Source: Paramoeba atlantica
Taxonomy: Eukaryota; Protista; Discosea
NCBI GenBank assembly: GCA_977017575.1
Contig: CDRNVI010000018.1
Span: 248,001-312,000, forward strand
Length of the DNA stretch: 64,000 nt
Direction: 5' to 3'
The notes beneath the pieces are model-generated. The model did no database searches, was not told the DNA's origin, and saw only the letters and a program-made list of their open reading frames with translations. Shown piece after piece: positions 56,251 to 64,000 of the stretch. A program made the translations under genes and the position numbers. Position 1 is the first letter of the stretch. Every line of letters begins with the position of its first letter.

Positions 56251-56896
56251 GAGTTTTTTGTAAGATCGAGTTTTTTGTAAGATCGAGTTTTTTGTAAAGA
56301 TCGAGTTTTTTGTAAGATCGAGTTTTTTGTAAGATCGAGTTTTTTGTAAGATCGAGTTTTTTGTAAGATCGAGTTTTTTGTAAGATCGAGTTTTTTGTAA
56401 GATCGAGTTTTTTGTAAAGATCGAGTTTTTTGTAAGATCGAGTTTTTTGTAAGATCGAGTTTTTTGTAAGATCGAGTTTTTTGTAAGATCGAGTTTTTTG
56501 TAAGATCGAGTTTTTTGTAAGATCGAGTTTTTTGTAAGATCGAGTTTTTTGTAAGATCGAGTTTTTTGTAAGATCGAGTTTTTTGTAAGATCGAGTTTTT
56601 TGTAAGATCGAGTTTTTTCTAAAGATCGAGTTTTTTGTAAGATCGAGTTTTTTGTAAAATCGAGTTTTTTGTAAGATCGAGTTTTTTGTAAGATCGAGTT
56701 TTTTGTAAGATCGAATTTTTTGTAAGATCGAATTTTTTGTAAGATCGAGTTTTTTGTAAGATCGAGTTTTTTGTAAGATCGAGTTTTTTGTAAGATCGAG
56801 TTTTTTGTAAGATCGAGTTTTTTGTAAGATCGAGTTTTTTGTAAGATCGAGTTTTCTGTAAGATCGAGTTTTTTGTAAAGATCGAGTTTTTTGTAA
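56249..56896 (+). repeat. Tandem array of the 17-mer AAGATCGAGTTTTTTGT, about 38 units
   Basis: Direct reading. Confidence 0.95.
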
Positions 56897-56951
56897 TAAT
56901 TCTGTATTGTTAGATAACGTTCCTAGATTCTAATATTCATTTATATACATA

Positions 56952-57218
56952 TTATACCCTATCATTTCGGCTCCAAGGATCGGCCATGTTGTCCTCCGAA
57001 CGGACGTAAGTGGGTTTCAGCTGCAGTTTGTATTTTTTGGCGAAATCGAGGATGCGTACGAGTGCTACGGATATTCCGTCTGAGTCCGACCATTTACGTC
57101 GTATCGCCGAAGCGGCGCTTATATTATCAATACGTAGATCAATATTTGATATTGTTGACCAGTGGTCTGAAAATGAGCTAAGGGCTTGTTCTACTGCTCT
57201 CGTTTCCGCTTCATTGAT
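56952..57218 (-). pseudogene. RNase H fragment of a third VIPER-like family (not in the ORF track)
   Basis: Manual translation INEAETRAV..LRIDNISAASAIRRKWSDSDGI..YVRSEDNMADPWSR aligns with 14529..14891. Confidence 0.75.
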
Positions 57219-57250
57219 TTATAAGGGTTTATGGAGATCCAGAACTTCTC

Positions 57251-57331
57251 GTTGTGGAGGAGTCCGCAGTCTGACGCTGCTAGACAGCGGAAAGAGTCAC
57301 TTTCCACGCCTTTTTCGGTAACATACTTCTT
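57251..57331 (-). pseudogene. CRE family B-like RLE fragment
   Basis: KKYVTEKGVESDSFRCLAASDCGLLHN is identical to the family B protein. Confidence 0.8.
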
Positions 57332-58023
57332 GAAATTCACGCCTCGTTCATTGATAAATATAACCGAAGTAACAAACGAAATCAAAGAATATTGTTGAAA
57401 TATAACCTGAGCTAATTATCAGATCAAAACGTACTTTTATGATATATAGTATATAGCACTCCTTGTAGATATTTCAAAGGCCTTATTATAGAAACGAAAC
57501 TAATTAACATCTACAATATACTTTGTGATCGGGGAACCCATCCCCGACCCGCGGCCAAATGGCTGGGGGTCGGTGGGTGGGCAAAGACTTGTACGTATCG
57601 TGTATTGAAGGTGAATGTATTCTACAAATATATTAATCAATGAATAAAGTTCTAATACAGAATTTAGTACACGTGCGTTACATAATAAATTATTGTATTC
57701 AAATATTTTTGGTGAATTTTCACACGCCCCCTTCTCGGGGGGCCAGCACAAATGCACTTATTACTCGTCTAAATTTCATCACGTAAACTAATAGAAATTC
57801 ACGCCTCGTTCATTGATAAATATAACCGAAGTAACAAACGAAATCAAAGAATATTGTTGAAATATAACCTGAGCTAATTATCAGATCAAAACGTACCTTT
57901 ATGATATATAGTATATAGCACTCCTTGTAGATATTTCAAAGGCCTTATTATAGAAACGAAACTAATCAACATCTCCTACAATATACTTTGTGATCGGGGA
58001 ACCCATCCCCGACCCGCGGCCAA
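57332..58023. mobile_element. Head-to-tail tandem of the 420-460 bp repeat (divergent subfamily)
   Basis: 57332-57793 complete, 57794-58023 truncated second unit; junction ACTAATA|GAAATTCACG. Confidence 0.75.
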
Positions 58024-58290
58024 CCACCCGCTCACTCGTCACACATCACCCGTACACCAGTCACCTAATCCGTCGCTCACCACAGAAAACCTCCTTTTGA
58101 ACCAAATCGGTCCCACATCCTGAGGGAGCCGGCCTCAGTATGCGAAACCTATTCACTTCAAACATATTCGCGTCTTCCTTTCCTATGCTCTGCTTCTTCT
58201 TTAGTTTTTTTTTTTGGTTTCTAAATATAACACACAAGACGTAATGACTCGTTTTTGTACTCCAAGCACACAAATCAATCTTCCCTATTA

Positions 58291-58780
58291 TCAGAACTCT
58301 CTGCTGATCGGATCTGCCGGATTTTCTTGACTCTTAACATATGTCGCCTGTAGGCGAATACCCTTGCGCTTAGAATGATCCAAAACCTGCACAAGTTCTC
58401 CTGCGATCCCGTCGGACTTCGCGATCTTCCTATTAATAGCGGCTTGACAACTCGTGTTGTCAATAAATAGATCGAGACACGTTCCCTTAACCAGGTGAGC
58501 GTCAAATTTCTCCAGCGCGAGTCGTACCGCCGCCGCCTCTGCCTTGTTAACCTCATACGTGGCGTTGGGCTTCCACTTACTCCCTGCGACGAGCATGTCG
58601 CCATAATCACAATACATAATGGCCCCCCAACCTTTTCGCGAGGCGTCTGTGTACAGCCTATGACGGTGCTGTACACAATCTGGGTGTGGCGGTGGTATGA
58701 TTGGCTTGTTTTCAATGATTTCGTTACGCCATTCCGCGAGCATGGCCCGAGTTCGAATAGGAAGGTCGACCAGACGTGTT
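58291..58780 (-). CDS. RT tail + RNase H of VIPER-like copy 2
   Basis: YTDASRKGWG, VNKAEAAA, FIDNTS, ENPADPISR. Confidence 0.9.
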
Positions 58781-60190
58781 GTATTGTATTGTATTGTATT
58801 CAGGTAAAAACCCCGTAGACGGGGTGTTGCCTCCTCGGAGAGAGCCGAAGGTAGCTCCGACCCGCACGACCCGTGCGCAGACCTAAAAGGATTGCAGCAC
58901 AGAGCCGATGCAAGCCGATCCAGCTAACGCGCAGACTGAAAGTCCGCTGCGGGAAGCTGGATTAGCTAGGAGGGTGGGGTTCGCCACACCCCGACACTGC
59001 CAAAAGCAGTGCTCCTTGACCCCTTGCCTTCTTGCTGGCATAGTTTGGGAGTGTCGACTCTCAGCTTCAACGGTTTTAGCACCTCAGCTTCAACGGACCA
59101 AGTCTTCTAGGGTGTTGTCCCCTCGAGCGGACTTGGCTCCTCAGCTTCAACAGGCCAAACCTCAGCTTTAACGAACTCGTATCTCTCCAAATTGTTACCC
59201 TAGCCCCGTTATCATGGGCTAGTTGCAAGCCGCAGAAAAAAAGAAAAAAGTACGTTCAAAAAAGCGTGAATGACGCCTACCCTAGTTTTTTAGTACCTTG
59301 TTATGTTCGGTATCGGGGTCGCCATTCTCGGGCGGCAGCACAAGGGGCGGCGCAAGGGGTGGCACAGGAAGCTGGAGAGAGGGCGGCACAAGGGGTGGCA
59401 CAGGGAGTGGCACAGGGGGCGGCACAGGACATATATTAGGACATATTCCTCTTGTGTAACCCCTGCTATTGGTGGTGAGTTGCTTGGAAGTTGAAATGTT
59501 GTCGGCAGCTCCGGGTGAAGATCTTGTAATTTCTTGAAGGTTTCCTCGTCTGTAAGCGTGCGGGTTCTTATTTTCTGATCAAGTTCTTCGATCCTATTTT
59601 TCCAAATAATTTTGTAAATCTTGACATCAACATGTGGTGGTAGAGTTCCTCCGAAATTTTTCGCCGCTTTGTGTCCTATCATTCCTTCGTATTTGACTGA
59701 TACTTTCCCAAGACTTTCCCGTCGACTTACTTTCGTGACCACGCCCTTTGGTACGCTTAGATTGGGTTGACCATCGAACACCCACACAACTATGCATTCG
59801 GCGCCTGCTTTTATGTTGCACAAGCTACTCCAAAGGGCATCTGGAGCTATTGGAAAATGAATTAGTGGGTTGATCGTGCGCAAGAGGCTTTTGGCAAAAA
59901 CAGTACTGAAAACGGCTTCACTAGACTCATGTTGGATGCGATCTGTGTTATCTGTAAATGGTATGATCGGCGTGGGAATAAATTCTGTAGAACTCTCGGT
60001 GCGTGCTTCAAACGGATGGGGTGGAGGGATTGTATTTACCGAAATTGTTGACCCGACATTCTCAATTTGCGGTGGCGACTCACAGTCTTGGAAAATATGG
60101 TCTGTATTGTAAGTCACGACCGGAGACTTTTCGGCATCAGAACAAAAAGGGGTGGTTAAACAAAAAGGGGTGGTTACAACAAGGTACAGG
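58781..60190 (-). mobile_element. Composite insertion: SL relic + 2x 18-mer + CRE N-terminal fragment + GC-rich 3' end + (AATAC)4
   Basis: 14-bp TSD CGACCAG(A/G)CGTGTT at 58767-58780 / 60191-60204. Confidence 0.7.
60177..60189 (-). other. Spliced-leader relic (SL nt 27-39)
   Basis: CTGTACCTTGTTG at the 5' edge of the insertion, 1 nt inside the TSD. Confidence 0.7.
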
Positions 60191-61205
60191 CGACCAGGCG
60201 TGTTACCATCCAGGGGCAACGATTCATTAGATTAATCGGTCGTTGGACCAATGTCAAGACAGAATGATATTGAGGGATAACAATCCCAAGTACAGCCGAG
60301 CAATATACGAGACGCCCCACCGCCGCCTCAAGCTCTGCAAAAGTCACCGAGTAAAATTTGTCCATGCTCAATTTGTGGACGACCTTAGGTCCGAGCGACA
60401 CCTTATGACCAGCATGGTCATAGCGTACACCATTAAATATGTAGTCTTCCGACGGTGCGCTCCCAGCGTCCTTAAACAGCGCCCCCGCTTCCGTACATTT
60501 GCGATCAATAAATGTTGCGTATTCGGCAGCCTCACGACGGGTTCCAGCAAATCTCACCCCGTCGATATATACGTCAATTCCAAAGCACACAGGCTTATAG
60601 CTATCACGAGCATTGCAAAATTCCATATGGCCGGCTATAGTAGCCGTAATAGTGTGCATAATCTCGGGGGCACAGCGGTGTCCCATCGGCAGTACTGCCA
60701 TCTCGTAGACTTCACCATCTTCTCCTACGAAACGAAATTTCCGGCGCGCCTTCGGGGGAATAGGAACTTGGTAGAAACCACATGACAGATCTCTTTTTAC
60801 CCCAATTTCATTTTCAACTCTGTGAAGGTATTTCGATGGATGCATTAGAGGAACGTGGGGTTCGTATGATCTCAACCGGTTATTGTCCGTCTGCGTCCAC
60901 GAAATAAACCGACGGCGCTTTTTTCCTGTGTCGTCAATCTCCACAACCGTAAACGGAACCATGTACTGTAACGTAGGCCGACGTTGAATCTCTTCTGATG
61001 ATACGTGTTTTAACACACCGAAGGAAATCAATTTGCTAATATCACTTAGGGGTAGTGAGCCCCTTTTCTTTGGTTCGGGATCCGGCTTCGCGGGCAGCCA
61101 TAACAAATGGGTTAAAACTTCCTTAAATCTCTTCTGCTGCGCCGGCATCATCCAAGACTGTATTTTCTCAATATCGAGGAGTGGGGTTCCCGTCTTTACA
61201 TGCAA
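60191..61205 (-). CDS. Reverse transcriptase of VIPER-like copy 2
   Basis: RRRFISW, KRDLSCGFYQV, LPMGHRCAP, YIDG. Confidence 0.85.
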
Positions 61206-61318
61206 TGGAATGCTAAACTCGTCCGGACCTGCAAGTTTAGAACTGCGTCGCGGTGATACGATTGAATGCTTCTTTAAGTAAGGAACTTGCTCAAAACTTT
61301 CGCGAACATCTGTGGCGG

Positions 61319-61541
61319 TTACAAATGGACGTCCATCACTGGAAGCTTTTCGGTTACTCGTTGCGTCCCAAGCGCCTTCGCGGTTGTCTGCGGGCGTGCA
61401 TTGTAACGGAGTAGAGACTCGAGGTTGAGATGCTTCGCTAGGTTTTGCAGGTCGTTTATGCTTAACTTGCCTTTTTCCACTTCCCCTAAACAGGTACGTA
61501 ATCGCGCCGCGCTTTATAGAGTGGGTCCCGTAGCCCGGCCC
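61319..61541 (-). pseudogene. YR C-terminal catalytic part, copy 2 (frameshifted; not in the ORF track)
   Basis: Manual translation GYGTHSIKRGAITYLF../..LAKHLNLESLLRYNA. Confidence 0.8.
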
Positions 61542-62522
61542 GGATGTTCAACTCCAGTGCACCACCCCATTGTCAACTCCAGCGCACCACTTTTTTCACC
61601 ATAGTCGATGGTCGTTCCCGTTTTCTGCGCCTCACCATAGTCGAACATCGTTCCTTTTTCCTTTCACCATAAAAATTTACCCAGAGTATTTAAATAAAGC
61701 GTAGTACACGTGTAAGATTTGAGTAAGAAACTTTATTAGACAAGAATTTATTCACCTTTACAAAATGCGCAGCATGGCGCCAAAAACGCATGAAAGCTTC
61801 CACTTCCCTCGAAGCAAGCGCTGAAAGCAACCAAGTGGAAAGTGACCAAGTGGAATGCCCTGCAAAGGGCCTATCGGGCAGTGTCATTCGATTTCCCGAG
61901 CTCGAGTAAAACGCTATCGGGCGAAAAAAAGAAGACAAAGTGCGAAAGTGTAAAGTGGAGAAGATCAGCACCAAGTACAGTACTGTAACCCCCCTTTAAT
62001 ATACCCCCCCCAAACCCCCCTATCATAGAGACAAAACGCATTATTCTACGTTAAAGGGGGTTACAGTATTTGAAATGTGTTCAACTTTTTTATTATTTGC
62101 GAATGAGTGTGAAGCTCAGTTTTGAAATGTATAGTACATTAATATTTTAATCTTTTTTACGCATGGAGATCACCGCGGCATACTCCCGAATTTTGCCCCC
62201 CTCGAGTGCCTACTCTGCTTTCATTCATTGGTTATTTCAAATAAAAAATAGCTACTTTTATAAGTAACTTATTTCCTTTTTGACTTACCTAGTGTTGAAA
62301 CACCGCGAAACAGCGCGAAACACCGCGAAACAACGCTTTACGTCATTCGCAGCCCCTCAGGTGTCCCTAGGTATAATAACCCGGACGGTGGTTTAGTACT
62401 TCTCTGAATATTTGATGGTGCATTGGAAATGATAATATAGTTTTTAGGAAAACGTGGTGTACTGGAAATGACAAAAAAAATTCTCATTTGAAAAAAAAGT
62501 GGTGCGTTGGTGTTGACAATCC
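61542..62522. mobile_element. Non-autonomous TIR element, 981 bp (Mutator-like)
   Basis: About 25-bp imperfect TIRs GGATGTTCAACTCCAGTGCACCAC / GGATTGTCAACACCAACGCACCAC; 9-bp TSD GCCCGG(C/T)CC at 61533-61541 / 62523-62531. Confidence 0.75.
61981..62068. mobile_element. Candidate MITE with TA flanks
   Basis: TA-CTGTAACCCCCCTTTAA ... TTAAAGGGGGTTACAG-TA. Confidence 0.5.
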
Positions 62523-63998
62523 GCCCGGTCCTAGAATCCGACGGATTGTGTGGTCCATTTGCCTCACTTCGGTGAAGCACATTTGCTGTTGTGTGGTTAG
62601 ATTGCTTATATAATTTTCCAGCATTCTCGTTCCTTCTCCTCGTATTACAGCGTACATGTACGGCCGATACGGATTCATTCGCGTGGCCTTGGTTCGTCGT
62701 CCCCAATAAATGATTATTTCCTCTTGGCTTACCTCCACAAAGTGCTGCCGCATAAGTTGTGCGGTTTCCGTCCACGGAGCTGCCGCCTTCCAACACAGAA
62801 TAGCGGCCATCGCTTCCGCTCGCGATACTTGCGTACAGAGGCGGTGTAGCAGGCGTGGCGTGAGCGGCTCCATTTGCCGAACCGGTTCGCCCGCTTTCGC
62901 GAAGAGCTTCAGAGGAGTCGCGTTCATGTCCTGCATTGCTAGGAGGGCCTGAAGGCTTCGGCCGTATCCTAGCTTTGTCGAGGGTGCTAACGGGAGCGAA
63001 TCGACGAAGGCTACGGCACTCAAAGCGGGTACCGTGAACCGATTGCGTAAACAGTAATCCTGCGCCCGAATCCAGAGTCTTTCCTTCGCGGCCCACGTCG
63101 ACGTCGCCCACATGGGTTCTATGGCCTCGTGGACCATGTGGGCTAAAGGGTCGGATTCGTTGACTTGTAATATGGCGCATGTCAGGGCCTTCCTGGTTGT
63201 TAGGGGCCGCCTGATCAGAGGAGACTGATGCGCCCCTGGCGAGGGCGAGGAGAGCCCGACCACAGCACGCGTGGAAGTCACGTAGTGCTTCATCCGTTTC
63301 CTCTTTATCGGGTTTCGTCGCAAAATATCTAGAGGCCGCGTGTTCAATTTTGTCGTAATATTCACCCGCCGCCTTTTCAGCGGTTGTTGAACGCGCTCCA
63401 CGGGAGCCCAGTAAGCGTTGCGCAGCTCCTCAATCAACATTTCAGCGACCTTTACGAAATGACCGTCGTCCCACGTCTCAAGCTCACGGGCTGCATAAAT
63501 CCACTCCGTCAGAATTTTGAAAATACGTTCGCGATGAGGGGGTGGATTGAACCGGACACCGAACTGGGGGTATTCACGTAGCTCGCGAACTAACTCCCGA
63601 GGTTTGAACTCATCTTGCGAATTAATCCACGGACCCCATGTACGGGGCCGGACAGCTGAGAACTCGCGGGGACCAGAGATTTGCAACGACCCTATTTCCT
63701 CTTCCCCCGGCTCGAGAACTTCGCCGTCTGGCATTTTAGCTTCCACTTTAACGATATCCAAATCGTAGTACAGGATACGAGAGTGAGGAAACGGATAACC
63801 AGTCCCCGGAAAATCGTCCCACTCGGCCCGCAACTCCTGTCTTGACTTATCCCGATACCGAAACTTCACTGTTCCCGTCACTGTAGTGGTAAAGTCATCC
63901 CCTTGCTCTGACCACTCAGCTTGAACCTTAACTTTGTGCCCTTTGCGCAAGAAAACACGTACACGCTCACAGAATTCTTCCAACCGTGATCCTGGCAT
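62523..63998 (-). pseudogene. VIPER-like ORF1 fused in frame to YR N-terminal part (probably via an internal deletion)
   Basis: ORF 62484..63998; MWATSTW..ILCWKAAAPW (catalytic R replaced by P)..YWGRRTKA..RRILGPG. Confidence 0.75.
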
Positions 63999-64000
63999 TA

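Larger units (their letters stand above)
58291..64000 (-). mobile_element. VIPER/TATE-like YR retroelement, copy 2, with nested insertions
   Basis: Same gene order as copy 1; all domains homologous. Confidence 0.8.

Noticed and set aside
59293-59302. GTACCTTGTT as a twelfth SL relic
   Set aside because: Only a 10-nt match, lacking the terminal G, in the opposite orientation to the surrounding insertion; it could be chance.
334-63768. Numerous 60-230 aa antisense and alternate-frame ORFs
   Set aside because: They are shadows of the long RT ORFs or low-complexity GC-rich tracts, without recognisable motifs.
1-64000. 5S rRNA, tRNA or snRNA genes often linked to SL arrays
   Set aside because: No recognisable conserved motifs on manual reading; a covariance-model scan would be needed to exclude divergent copies.

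Overview
This is a eukaryotic, almost entirely transposon-derived window with no recognisable housekeeping gene. It is probably euglenozoan/kinetoplastid, inferred from a 39-nt spliced-leader-like sequence and from CRE/SLACS-type and VIPER/TATE-type elements. It is a nested, largely head-to-tail pile containing: at least six families of CRE-clade RT + restriction-like-endonuclease (RLE) LINEs (my labels A-F); one HERO/NeSL-like RLE LINE; one APE-RT-RNase H LINE; two to three VIPER/TATE-like tyrosine-recombinase retroelements; two non-autonomous TIR elements with 9-bp TSDs; a TA-flanked MITE; a 420-460 bp TSD-less repeat; and four 17/18-bp tandem arrays. The main signal is AATCTTTAACGATAAAGATACAGTTTCTGTACCTTGTTG (mini-exon-like). 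It occurs 11 times, complete or 5'-truncated, always at the 5' end of an element or retroposed unit and never as an intact SL RNA gene. In three nested insertions it lies inside the target-site duplication, so it travelled with the transposed RNA. In six cases it is directly preceded by a poly(A) run, mostly the tail of the upstream element. The elements therefore appear both to carry the leader and to insert at it, which would build self-propagating multi-family arrays. Other candidates are a covarying pseudoknotted 3'-UTR RNA in three copies, an SH3-like module shared by three retroelement orders, and triple Mer3/HFM1-type zinc fingers. All calls come from manual reading; no alignments, folding or database searches were run, and family names and coordinates should be verified.
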